Part shown: positions 10,013 to 19,706 of the stretch, one piece after another | How positions within the stretch are numbered: position 1 is the first letter of the stretch | Layout: the number at the start of each line of letters is the position of its first letter | NCBI GenBank assembly: GCA_016186795.1 | Contig: JACPKY010000001.1 | Location: 129,357 to 193,356 of the forward strand | Direction of reading: 5' to 3' | Length of the DNA stretch: 64,000 nucleotides | Source: Candidatus Gottesmanbacteria bacterium | Lineage (GTDB): Bacteria > Patescibacteriota > Microgenomatia > 2-02-FULL-39-11 | Translations under genes and position numbers: made by a program | Notes under the pieces: model-generated | What the model was told of the DNA's origin: nothing | The model's database searches: none | What the model saw: only the letters and a program-made list of their open reading frames with translations

Positions 10013-10100
10013 ACTAGATCAAATCCCAAAGGACAAGGGGGAAGAAAAGATCGGATTGCATGGCTTGTATTGGACGGGCGAATCCTATTATGATGGAGTT

Positions 10101-11966
10101 ATGGAAACAATTCAGATCCCCCCCGAGGCACAAGCTGCAAAAGAGTTCGTAACACAAAAACCGCAACTAACAGACATGTTTTCCATGGGTGAAAAATACG
10201 CTCGAGGATTTATGAGCGAAATGAACGGAGGATTGGCTGAAGATCTTGATGGCGCAAAAAACCCTCTTGATCGTGAGCTTGAAAAAGAGGGGGTTAATTT
10301 GGAAAATCTAAAAGAAGATGAAGCATTATGGATGATTCAAACATCTTTTGAGTCAATCATCGGAAAAGAAATACCATTTGGCACTCAAACAGATGAAAAA
10401 GTGCTTCTCGATACCTATTACGCATTAGGAAAAATCTATGGAGCAGTTTCTGAGCTTGATAGATCGGGAAAAACCCTTGTTGTTGGTCTAGAAAGAGATG
10501 AGGAAACTCTCAATAGCACATTTTCCTTCCGGACCGTTGAAAAAGCACTGATTGAAAAGGTCCAACTGAAGGGTGAAGAAGCAATCGTGACAGCAGAAAA
10601 AGCCCAAGCCCTTGCTGATATGCTCTCATTAAACCAAGACTATCTTGCTGTTGATCTTTTTGAGTGGTTCTCCATAGGAACTGTTGCCTGGAACGGTGAG
10701 GTACTTATGAATGAGCGTCAAAACAGATCAATTGTTACTGCAGAAGCTGATGAGCATAATAGACTGACTCGTTTTGAAACTGAACTTGTACCAATAGATA
10801 GATTTGCAAGAGTATTTCGTGAAGTCCGCGATGAAAGTACTTCTGAACTTGAGGAAATATTGGGAAGGGTGCACTATGATACCAAACGCGCAAGACAGAT
10901 CTTTGATCAACTTATATCTGACCTTTTGCAACGGCGCGGAAGAGAATCACAAAGTGGGACAATCATTACTGATCTTCTTGGAGAAGGAACAATCGATGAG
11001 AAAGAATTTTGGGTAAAAACGGGTAAAGATCTGAAGAAGAATATCAAGCTTTCACAAATTCCCAAACTTGCCCGAGGAGAAATTGCAACCCTTCTTCAAC
11101 AAAGACTCGATTCAGTCCGATACTCCGATACTGACCCTATTGCCGCACCACTTCGGAAGTGGATCATCGTCAAACTTGCAGAAAGTATAGGCTTAGCCCA
11201 AGCGAAAGAAGTATCAACCGGAAAAGAAATATTCGTTGCGGAAGATGATCCGAGACTTGGCCAAAAAGATGAACGTTCACGAAAAACCCTTGTCACCGGC
11301 ACATGTGATATGGAACTGCAAGGCTTAACCAAAACTCATAGGAGACATGAAAAAGAGGACTCTTTCGATATGGATAAAATTCTTGATACGGCAAGAGAAG
11401 TACAAAAACTTCTTGGACTTCCAAACCGTCATAGAGGACTTGCCGATAGCTTACCTGTTACAAATGTTATCGGCAAGGAAGCACATACCCTTGGAATTGG
11501 CAATCTTGATCTTGAATTGGAAATGTTTCTTGATGATGTTGTAAAAACTGCGCCGGATATTTCCCAATACTCTCAAGCGGCAATCCTTTCCGCATTTGCT
11601 CTTCGGGTGCAAGCTCTTGCCACTCTCAGAGCTGCAGAAAAACCACCTAATGGGAATAGTCGGGGAAAAGGTGAATTGCGCGGAAAAAATTACTGGAATG
11701 GGGTAAAACAAGGGTTCGTAATGGTGGCCCAAGAGCTGGGATATAACGAATCCGTATTTACTAATCCATTCAAAATTACCTACACGCAAACAGAAGATGG
11801 AATTCCTCATTCATTTCAATTCAACAGGAAAGGAAAAGAAATGGGTGCATCTATTTTCCCAGGGGATCAACCAGAGGATGAAATTATACGGCAAGCACAA
11901 GAAATCCTTGAGAATTGTTATGAAAGAAATGGGGTTATAACGAAGAAAGAAAGAGTAACCTCTTAG
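10101..11966 (+). CDS. Large hypothetical cytoplasmic protein
   Basis: ORF track gives 9741..11966, but that overlaps the convergent... actually divergent M16 gene start. First in-frame ATG after 10012 is 10101 (METIQ). A TTG at 10053 is also possible. No recognisable domains. Confidence 0.5.
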   Translation: METIQIPPEAQAAKEFVTQKPQLTDMFSMGEKYARGFMSEMNGGLAEDLDGAKNPLDRELEKEGVNLENLKEDEALWMIQTSFESIIGKEIPFGTQTDEKVLLDTYYALGKIYGAVSELDRSGKTLVVGLERDEETLNSTFSFRTVEKALIEKVQLKGEEAIVTAEKAQALADMLSLNQDYLAVDLFEWFSIGTVAWNGEVLMNERQNRSIVTAEADEHNRLTRFETELVPIDRFARVFREVRDESTSELEEILGRVHYDTKRARQIFDQLISDLLQRRGRESQSGTIITDLLGEGTIDEKEFWVKTGKDLKKNIKLSQIPKLARGEIATLLQQRLDSVRYSDTDPIAAPLRKWIIVKLAESIGLAQAKEVSTGKEIFVAEDDPRLGQKDERSRKTLVTGTCDMELQGLTKTHRRHEKEDSFDMDKILDTAREVQKLLGLPNRHRGLADSLPVTNVIGKEAHTLGIGNLDLELEMFLDDVVKTAPDISQYSQAAILSAFALRVQALATLRAAEKPPNGNSRGKGELRGKNYWNGVKQGFVMVAQELGYNESVFTNPFKITYTQTEDGIPHSFQFNRKGKEMGASIFPGDQPEDEIIRQAQEILENCYERNGVITKKERVTS

Positions 11967-11979
11967 GAAGATTTATTAT

Positions 11980-14900
11980 TTAATAGAGTATTTTCCAGAC
12001 TGTTTCATATCGCTTTTGTTGATAAAAATCAGCATAATTGCTCCTAATTGTATTCCAGTCTTTCCCATACCCGTCATACATCCAGCGGTATGTATCATAC
12101 GTTTTAGGATCATTTTTTGCTAACCAATTAGTTAAAGTTTTTAACGCCGCCTTTACCTGTGATTCTGTGGCATTGGGATCATGGAGAACTTCATATTCAT
12201 CAGCAAGGTCATCGGGAAAGTTTATTCCATCGAGTAATTTTATCGCATCACTTGCGCTTCTTCCACAAAACGTTGTCGTAATCGTATTTGATCCTCCTCC
12301 AAGAAACTGAGGAGGATATCCCCTTATAATACCTGCTTTTACTTCATCGTGACTTATAAGATTGATATCAACTAATTGAATCGCATGTCCATCGTCGGTA
12401 TATAAAATTAGCTCCATATCCTCAAGATCGCTCATTTTTTTCGTAATCTGAGCCTCGGTCAGTGGCCGCCTGCTGATGCCTCCTTCTAACCATTCACGTA
12501 TCCCTTCCATAGGCTCTCCTCTTCCTGCCCACAGTCCCGAATGAGGCCACATGATAATACCCCCATGAACATTTACTTGATAGGTTGCTGCGTAGTGAGG
12601 AGGTTCATGAATTTCCACCTTTGGATCATAAATTACTTTATCCAATCTTGACCCTGGACCAAATATCTCTGGATGGTTACTTGTCAAAGTTGTTGTCTTG
12701 TCAGGATAAAATCCAAATTGTGCCAGCATGTTGTCTGCCGTTGCCTTGGGGATTTTTTGGGACTCAATAATTCTTTCCCAATCCTGTGTTGTAGTAAGAT
12801 TTTGAGCCTTTCCAACTTCAATTGGCACCTGAACAACGCTTGCGTTTTCTCCGTTTGCTAAAGGTTCACCGTTTGGTCCAATTGGAATCTGGACTACTTG
12901 TGCTGGTTTGGAGACAACTGAACTGGCCGGACGGGTATATTCAGGCATTCCTGTTTCCTTATTGAAACGGATATCGGATTCACTTTCTCCCTGTGGACCA
13001 CTTGGAAGGTCTGGTTCTGTCTTTACAAGTTCAGCCATCCCAGTTTCCTTGTTGAAGACAAATTTCGATCCGCTGGTATTATTATTGTTTACAACCTCAT
13101 CTGGTTTAAGTTCAGCCTCTTCTTCAACTTCTGGGGCTTGACTACTTTTATCTGTAGCCTCAAAAACATCATCTTTCTTCTTCCCTTCTGGAAGAGTATT
13201 TGCTTCTTGATTTCCTTCTCCCTCTTGACTTGTTCCTCCCTCACTTTCCGGCTCAACAGGTGAAGATTCCTCAGTAACAGGGGGTGGAGGAGGAGCAACA
13301 GGCTTTTTCACCAATTCCATCATTCCAGTCTTCTTATTGAATTGAAATGTACCGCTATCAGTTGTAATAAGTTCATCAGTACCTAGTTTCTGGGCAGGAT
13401 CAACGGCAACTTCCTCATACATCCCTGTTTCTTTATTGAATACCAGAACTTTAACAGGTCCATCTGCCGGAGGGGCATTTGGTGGAACCTCTGGGGGAGA
13501 CTCTTGCCCACGCATATCTTGTAATTTTTTGATATATCCAAGATCTTCACCGGTTCTTCTCTCAAGATCTGCTAAGCGCTCTAATTGATGAATATCAATT
13601 GGTTTCACCATGATATCGGTTCGGACCGTTACGGCATCTCCCGGACTGATACTTATACTGCCCTCAATAAGGCCTTTGTTAGCAGCATAAAACTTTCCAA
13701 AAGATTTATCCGACCATTCCGGACTATTGACAAGTTCACGCAATTTCTGAGCATCGGAAAGGGAAATTTTCCCACGAGCAATAAATGTATCAAGGAAACT
13801 ATCAAGGACCGGTTTTGCGCTTCCTGCTTCTGAGTAAAAATCTTGGGTAAATAATCCGGCATCGATCATTGCTTTTGTAACGCTACTTCCCTTCTCTACG
13901 GTGAGAGTTTTGAAAGCTGAGGCTGCAACAGATTGAGGGGCACTCAATGGTGCATTTTCTGTAACAATATTTGGTTGCAAATTCCTAGCTGCAAGATTTG
14001 CTTTTACCTCTGCCATCTGCTCTTTCATTTGGGCTTGATCGACAGCTTCGGTAACTGTCTGTCCTCCAAGCGGATTTTGATTTCCTGCTGATGCCACATT
14101 AACATGTGCGTTAACTCCCTGTGTTGGGTTCGGATTGAGGAGTGACTGTTCTGCAACAGATGTTGTATATCCTGATGGGGTAGAAATATTTTTGCTAGTT
14201 GATAAAACATTGTATGTTGACTCTCCAAGTGCAACAGGTTTTCCCGTATCTACTACAGAAGACCCACTGTTGCCACTTGCCAAAGGATCATATTTGATTT
14301 CCGGTTCGACTACATTTTCATTTACTCTTTGAGCCTTCATGAAGGCTTGAACCTTGGCATCTCGCGCTGGATTAGGTTCAGTATCAGCTTGAGGTTTTGG
14401 AATATCATCCCCATTATGATCACCATGAGGAATAATTCCATGTGAGTCTTTTGGAAGTTGAGGAGGTTTAGGTGGAAGAGTATCATTAACAATTGTGACT
14501 CCGGCAACATTGGTGACAACTTTGCTATCTTGGACTATCTGAGGAGCATTTAGGACAGTTTGAGCAACATTGGCAACAACATCCTTGACATGCCCTGCTA
14601 CTTCAACTACCTTTTTCCCAACGTCAAAAAGACCAGCTCCTGCCGCAAATGCTGCAACACCCTTTCCTGCCCCGATAAGTCCAACCCCAACTGCAGAAAT
14701 AGCCCCTTCTCGTGCTGTATCTCGAAAAAATCCTCCTCGGACGCTTCTTCGTGATTTTTGCCACTCTTCTTCAAAGTCACCAACACCTTTCAAAACTCTC
14801 AGAGACTGCTTCAACAGCTTGTAGGCAGTTTCCCGGTCCTGTTGATCGACAGCTGTAATAGTTGCTTCCCGAAGGTGGCGGATATCTCGAATGAGTTCCT

Positions 14901-15762
14901 TCTGAGCCGTACGGACAACAAGAGCTTCTGGAGCTTTAGAGCGGAGCTTTTGCCTTGCGGAAGCTAAATACTCTCGATCGAGTTGTTCTGGAGAGGAAAG
15001 AGTATGAGTCCGCGCCTGATCCAAAACTCTGTCTCGAATACCTGTTTGGTAGGCAAACTCAACAACTTTCTCCTCACCACCATGAGCTATTGACCCTGCT
15101 AGGTGTTTTACTCCATGGAAGACTTTCTCTCTTCCTGAAGCTGTAGCAGAAAGGGGCTTTTCTCTACTTCGTGCCTCCCGATGTTTCCCCACTCGCTCTT
15201 GGTAATAGCCTCTTGGTCTTTTTTGGGCAAACTGAATGGTTTCGCGAACTGCTCTGGCTGTCCCTGCACCAGCTGCAACTGCTGCAAGCGCTGCAGGACT
15301 TGTCACTGCTCCAATACCACCAGCAATACTTACTACCTTAAGTCCAAGTTCAGTCTGGGTTGCTGCTCTTGCTGCAAATCCAGCTCCCGCTGCAAGACCC
15401 GTAGTTGTAATCCATTTGCCATATTTTGTGGCCGCTAACCGTGGATTCTCTCGAGCTAATTCTACTTCTTTTTGAAGAGTATGAACAACTTGTTCTCCGG
15501 TTCTTGTTGCAATGTGACCAGCAAGCGAAGCTACCTCACGAATACGGCTCCTATTCACTGCTGTTTGGGCAGTTTGAGCCATTTCTTGGGTAAATTCCGG
15601 TGATCCTACTGAAAGTTCTTTCGGAGAATGAAAGAGAGAAGAAAGGGCCCTACGGGCATCGGCAACTGAACGCTCATAGCCTGCATTGAGTTGGCCAAAG
15701 CCCTGAAGAAGTACATCTCCTGGGGCATGAAAAGATGCTGTTCGTGCGTATTCTGTGTTCAT
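11980..15762 (-). CDS. Giant hypothetical protein (1260 aa) with Gly/Ala-zipper segments and FNKETGM repeats
   Basis: Two glycine-zipper-like hydrophobic stretches (TGLAAGAGFAARAA..., AISAVGVGLIGAGKGVAAFAAGAG). Four copies of FNKETGM/FNKKTGM between Pro-rich linkers. Distinct ~280-aa C-terminal domain. Confidence 0.7.
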   Translation of the reverse strand: MNTEYARTASFHAPGDVLLQGFGQLNAGYERSVADARRALSSLFHSPKELSVGSPEFTQEMAQTAQTAVNRSRIREVASLAGHIATRTGEQVVHTLQKEVELARENPRLAATKYGKWITTTGLAAGAGFAARAATQTELGLKVVSIAGGIGAVTSPAALAAVAAGAGTARAVRETIQFAQKRPRGYYQERVGKHREARSREKPLSATASGREKVFHGVKHLAGSIAHGGEEKVVEFAYQTGIRDRVLDQARTHTLSSPEQLDREYLASARQKLRSKAPEALVVRTAQKELIRDIRHLREATITAVDQQDRETAYKLLKQSLRVLKGVGDFEEEWQKSRRSVRGGFFRDTAREGAISAVGVGLIGAGKGVAAFAAGAGLFDVGKKVVEVAGHVKDVVANVAQTVLNAPQIVQDSKVVTNVAGVTIVNDTLPPKPPQLPKDSHGIIPHGDHNGDDIPKPQADTEPNPARDAKVQAFMKAQRVNENVVEPEIKYDPLASGNSGSSVVDTGKPVALGESTYNVLSTSKNISTPSGYTTSVAEQSLLNPNPTQGVNAHVNVASAGNQNPLGGQTVTEAVDQAQMKEQMAEVKANLAARNLQPNIVTENAPLSAPQSVAASAFKTLTVEKGSSVTKAMIDAGLFTQDFYSEAGSAKPVLDSFLDTFIARGKISLSDAQKLRELVNSPEWSDKSFGKFYAANKGLIEGSISISPGDAVTVRTDIMVKPIDIHQLERLADLERRTGEDLGYIKKLQDMRGQESPPEVPPNAPPADGPVKVLVFNKETGMYEEVAVDPAQKLGTDELITTDSGTFQFNKKTGMMELVKKPVAPPPPPVTEESSPVEPESEGGTSQEGEGNQEANTLPEGKKKDDVFEATDKSSQAPEVEEEAELKPDEVVNNNNTSGSKFVFNKETGMAELVKTEPDLPSGPQGESESDIRFNKETGMPEYTRPASSVVSKPAQVVQIPIGPNGEPLANGENASVVQVPIEVGKAQNLTTTQDWERIIESQKIPKATADNMLAQFGFYPDKTTTLTSNHPEIFGPGSRLDKVIYDPKVEIHEPPHYAATYQVNVHGGIIMWPHSGLWAGRGEPMEGIREWLEGGISRRPLTEAQITKKMSDLEDMELILYTDDGHAIQLVDINLISHDEVKAGIIRGYPPQFLGGGSNTITTTFCGRSASDAIKLLDGINFPDDLADEYEVLHDPNATESQVKAALKTLTNWLAKNDPKTYDTYRWMYDGYGKDWNTIRSNYADFYQQKRYETVWKILY

Positions 15763-16131
15763 ATTACAGAAAAGAAGCCTGTCCGGCTTCTCTATCTTTG
15801 GGCAGGTAACCTACTTTAATAATCTCATGAATTGAAATTTGTATCAATCATTTCTGTTATCTGTTCACTGCCTGCACTGAGCGAGCGAAGCGAGTCGAAT
15901 GTGTTTTGCTCTCAACCTTCTATTTTAGAAAGCTTAGAACAAAACCCTACTACGAAAAAAAACAATGACAAAAACTGCCACGAGATACAAAGCATCTCTG
16001 CGTTATTGTCGTGTTTTTTGAACAGGGTTTCGGTTTTGTCCGAGGAGAGGGGATTTCCCACATCGTTAGGCTTGTGGCCCGACGATTTTGTAAAATAGGG
16101 TATCCCCTCCTCCTGATTTTATTTTGTTGTG

Positions 16132-16180
16132 AGCCTCAGCTCATCTGAGATTCAGCTCCACGAGCTGAGGCTTTTCTTTC
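16132..16180 (+). terminator. Intrinsic terminator-like hairpin (11-bp stem agcctcagctc/gagctgaggct) followed by TTTTCTTTC
   Basis: Read directly. U-tract only on + strand. Confidence 0.4.
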
Positions 16181-16203
16181 CGAAAGTGCGCGCGCCGAGA
16201 GTG

Positions 16204-17091
16204 TTAGTCTCCCCAGTTGACGTTTTCGCCGTCAAAGGTGCCGGTTTCGGCGAGTGCGCCGTTAGCGCTTGCCGTGGGCTTGGGCGTGTAGACCTTGAGA
16301 ATGGTGTCCGCGTCGGGCGTAATGACGAGATAGACGAGCTGTCCGTAATTCTGGGTCTCCAGACTCATCATCTTGCCATTGTCGGCGTCCGAGCGGTCAA
16401 GCACGACGTGGTAAAGATTATCAACCTTTTCCCGCATGAGGGGCGTGCGATTCAATTCAATCTCAAACTGCGCGCCGGATTTGGCGGTAATGGAATAGGC
16501 AACGCCTGATTCCACCGAGAGACCGATAACTTCTTTTCCGCCTTGAATCGCAAAGGGCAGCGCGAACGCGACGTCTTTTTCGAGCTTGAATTCGCGGATC
16601 GCGAGCTGCGCCGGTCCGATGGGCTTGGGCTGTTGCGGGGCTTCGCCGGGCACGACCTCGAGAATGAGCGTCGTCGCGACATCAGGAACGATCTGCACCG
16701 TGACTTTTCCGTTCACCTTGTACCGTAATTCGATTGGTGCAGACTGATCCGAGATACCCACATTCTGAACCCACTTGGTGCCGTTCGTTGTCGAACCTTC
16801 AGCCAGCGGATCGGGTAAGCCGTCTTCGTAGACCGCATAGGCGGCATTGCTTTCCGACCCGAACGCAAGCTTGGTCGTCGCAGGATCAGTCTCGGTGACA
16901 CTTACTTTCCACACCCCTGCGGGAAGTGAAAATTTCACCGCCTGTCCGGCTTCGAGCGTGACCTCGCTCTGAAGACCGACGACTTTCGTCAGCTCCACCG
17001 GCTCTCCAGCGAACGCGATGCCAACCGAGGCGACGAGCGCGAACAAAGCGACGAACAACGCGAACACGAGCATACGAATGTTTTGCAACAT
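16204..17091 (-). CDS. Secreted hypothetical protein in a GC-rich (~58%) island
   Basis: 295 aa. N-terminal signal peptide/TM (MLVFALFVALFALVASVGIAFA). Beta-rich. Confidence 0.6.
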   Translation of the reverse strand: MLQNIRMLVFALFVALFALVASVGIAFAGEPVELTKVVGLQSEVTLEAGQAVKFSLPAGVWKVSVTETDPATTKLAFGSESNAAYAVYEDGLPDPLAEGSTTNGTKWVQNVGISDQSAPIELRYKVNGKVTVQIVPDVATTLILEVVPGEAPQQPKPIGPAQLAIREFKLEKDVAFALPFAIQGGKEVIGLSVESGVAYSITAKSGAQFEIELNRTPLMREKVDNLYHVVLDRSDADNGKMMSLETQNYGQLVYLVITPDADTILKVYTPKPTASANGALAETGTFDGENVNWGD

Positions 17092-17871
17092 TTTGAGTGT
17101 CCTCCGAAGGCTAAGGTTTTTAGGCCTTGCCTGTGAATTGTGTTTGTACGAACCGATCGATAAGATACGTTTAATTTATCTTGTCGATATGCACCTCCTT
17201 TCGAATCGAATCGAAATTTTTTGCCTGGACTACGTGGCAAGAAGAGTACGAGTGTGAGGCCTTAAATAGGCAGGCGCTCGAAACTAGCCTCGTACCCTTG
17301 TCGCCGCGTAGTTCTGCATACTCTTTCCGATTTGCAACGCAAAGCGGATTAGAGGTGCAGATGCTTTAAGCATTCAGGCTGATCCAAAGGAGTAGGAAGA
17401 AGACTCTTTACTATTACACTTCATCAATTAGACAAAAACCGAAATTTTCTGTTCCATCCCGACTTAGTCGGGACGTACGTAGTAGGGAATGTGAGGAGAT
17501 TCGTCCATTAAAGCCGCCAGAGGAAGCAAACTTCCTCCTTTAGCCTCAACTTCGTGAAGCTCCAGGCTTCCCTACTACTTGTAGAGCCTCTTAAACAGGC
17601 TCTTCTCTTCCCTTCACTTGTGAAAGTGCTATACTTATCGTGGCTGTCAGGATCCGGATGGAAGTGGAAAGGCATTTTGGTTAAAATGTCTTCCATCCGG
17701 GTCTCGGCAGCCTCAATTTTTAGGCACGAAAAAAAGAAGTGCATCGCTGCCTTTCCAAAGCTGCTTCCTTCTTACTTTTTCTGCCTTTCCTTTATTTTCC
17801 TGTATGTAAACGTGCCTTTCGACTTCGCTCAGGACTATAGCCCTTCCGCTTTCTGAAGAAGCCTAAGTATT

Positions 17872-17889
17872 TATGCTATAGGACTTAAT
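17872..17889 (+). promoter_or_regulatory. TATGCTATAGGACTTAAT motif copy A
   Basis: 17/18 identical to copy at 18944..18961. -10-like hexamer. Confidence 0.4.
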
Positions 17890-18035
17890 TCAGTGCGAAA
17901 AATATAGCACACAGAAAAGTGTTTGTCAAGTCCCCAGTTTATATTCAAAACTATCTGATATGTATAATTACTATTACTATAGGAAGATAATTTCTAAAGA
18001 ACACTGAGAAGTCATTCTAATGATATAATCACTCC

Positions 18036-18380
18036 ATGAAGGTAGTAGTCGACAGTGCACTCGCTCTTTCTGAGCTCAAGAAAATGGCGAAAGCCTCCTT
18101 TGGAACTCTTGTGAAGGTTGTGGTTGATATTGAGAAGGAAATCCTTGTGGTCGATAGTGAGCTCCATGCCGATGAAGAGGCATATCTTCTTTCCCAAGGC
18201 TCACATCAAGAGCACTTATGGGGAATTAACCTCTATCCTGACCTTCCCGAGTCTGAGTGGATAGAATTTGACTCCATGATTAACCTCCGTCCAGCTTCAG
18301 GCAATATTTCTCGAGGAGTTAACAATCCTGCAATTCGGGAAAAAATTGTTTTTATTGTCAATAAACGTATCAAAAGATGA
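18036..18380 (+). CDS. Small hypothetical protein (114 aa)
   Basis: Upstream TATAAT at 17963. 4-bp ATGA overlap with the next gene. Confidence 0.55.
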   Translation: MKVVVDSALALSELKKMAKASFGTLVKVVVDIEKEILVVDSELHADEEAYLLSQGSHQEHLWGINLYPDLPESEWIEFDSMINLRPASGNISRGVNNPAIREKIVFIVNKRIKR

Positions 18381-18712
18381 CTATCTACCACAAAAAACTT
18401 GCATCTGGAGACTGGAAACAGTTATCTTTCCTAGAACAGATGGCACATATTGGGAGCGAAGTCATTCGAGCCGTGAATTGGAAAGAGAGAAACAAAGCAA
18501 TCGCCGACAAAGCTCTGGAAAGAGCCCTAGAACTTATCGACCTGACTCGAAATACTGATAGAACGGTCTCTCAGCTGAGAGAGCTCTGTCGAGTAAGAGA
18601 GCTTCTTATTGATTTCTACTTCGGATTTGGAAATTACATCTCGTCAAAAGAAGAATGGGAGAAATACTTCTACCAAGTCACCTACGCTGCTCAACTGAAG
18701 CGACAAAAATAA
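18377..18712 (+). CDS. Small hypothetical helical protein (111 aa)
   Basis: Translationally coupled to 18036..18380. Confidence 0.55.
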   Translation: MTIYHKKLASGDWKQLSFLEQMAHIGSEVIRAVNWKERNKAIADKALERALELIDLTRNTDRTVSQLRELCRVRELLIDFYFGFGNYISSKEEWEKYFYQVTYAAQLKRQK

Positions 18713-18794
18713 TTTCCTCCGAACTCTTGTCTTCTTTTCATACGTGAAATTGTGATGTCTTTCACAGACAAAATAATGTATACTGAATGGTAGA

Positions 18795-18896
18795 ATGGTA
18801 TTTCTGCTCGTTCTACTGGGACTTTTTACAGGTGTCGTAAGCGGACTTATTGGTATCGGCGGCGGAGTTCTTATCGTACCAGCACATATCAAGTAA
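18795..18896 (+). pseudogene. 33-aa remnant of a TauE/SafE (TSUP, DUF81) permease N-terminus
   Basis: MVFLLVLLGLFTGVVSGLIGIGGGVLIVPAHIK then stop. The GxxGxGGG motif matches the first TM of TauE/SafE proteins (~250 aa normally). Confidence 0.5.
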
Positions 18897-18921
18897 ACGG
18901 CCAAAACACTTCCTTCCCTTC

Positions 18922-18955
18922 TTGACTTTTTCTTTTTCCAGTGTATACTATAGGA
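18922..18955 (+). promoter_or_regulatory. Sigma-70-like promoter TTGACT-N16-TATACT followed by ATAGGA (motif copy B)
   Basis: Read directly. Confidence 0.45.
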
Positions 18956-19245
18956 CTTAATCGCTAAATGCGGAGGATGACTCTTTCATGAGGCGATTTT
19001 TTGTGGCCGGTACGATTTCACTTCGAAATTTGGCTTTGGAGAAGAAATCTCCCGCCGCTCTTTGACAAGGGTTCGGGGCTATATATCCGAAACTCCTCCC
19101 GGGAAAGGAAAAGATTTTTTTTATAAAAAAGTCTCTCCGAGTATCCGGAGCTGGAGCTGATTTCCAACCTGAAGATCAAAAAGGTCTTTGGATTGGAGGT
19201 CAGCTTTTCGGATTTCCACCACCATCACTTTTAAGGAGGCAAATC

Positions 19246-19506
19246 ATGCCAGAATTTCCAGAGCTTAGCCAGCTCACCCAAGCAGTCCAAGGTTTCAACT
19301 TCACCTTGGACGACCCAATGAGAATCGTCGGAGCGGTCTTGTTCCTGCTTGGGGCGTATATCGGTTATTCTTACCGAGAGTGGCTGCCCGGTTTGATCAT
19401 CGGAGCAGTAATTGCTCTCGCCGGATTGTACGCCTTTCTCGACCCGCACGGAGCCTTAAGCATACTCAATCAAATTTTCAACTGGCTCCAAGAAATGGCC
19501 CGATAA
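19246..19506 (+). CDS. Small 2-TM membrane protein
   Basis: 86 aa. RBS ggagg 7 nt upstream. GC-richer than surroundings. Confidence 0.5.
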   Translation: MPEFPELSQLTQAVQGFNFTLDDPMRIVGAVLFLLGAYIGYSYREWLPGLIIGAVIALAGLYAFLDPHGALSILNQIFNWLQEMAR

Positions 19507-19706
19507 ACACACCCACCCCAACCCAAATTCCGGAAGGAAACGTACACGCGTTCTCAACGCAGCTCTCAATACAGCTTTCACTCGTGTACCTTTCCTTCCA
19601 TTTTCTCTGAGGAAAATACCTTTTCCCTGGAGAAAATGTAATCCGTATCACTCTTTTTCCTGTTGTTGGGAAACTGTGAAACTCGTATACTACGAACTAT
19701 TCTTCT

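Noticed and set aside
9741-10100. 5' extension of the 741-aa ORF
   Set aside because: Overlaps 270 bp of the M16 peptidase gene on the opposite strand. Start moved to first ATG after the peptidase start.
17730-17790. SRP RNA-like GGAAGCAGC...GGCAG segment
   Set aside because: Could not build the full helix-8 or closing helices. Reported only as a weak hint within finding on 17092-18035.
17872-17889. Resemblance of ACTATAGG to T7/SP6 single-subunit RNAP promoter cores
   Set aside because: Upstream positions (-17 to -6) do not match phage promoter consensus. Two copies sit in canonical sigma-70 -35/-10 spacing.
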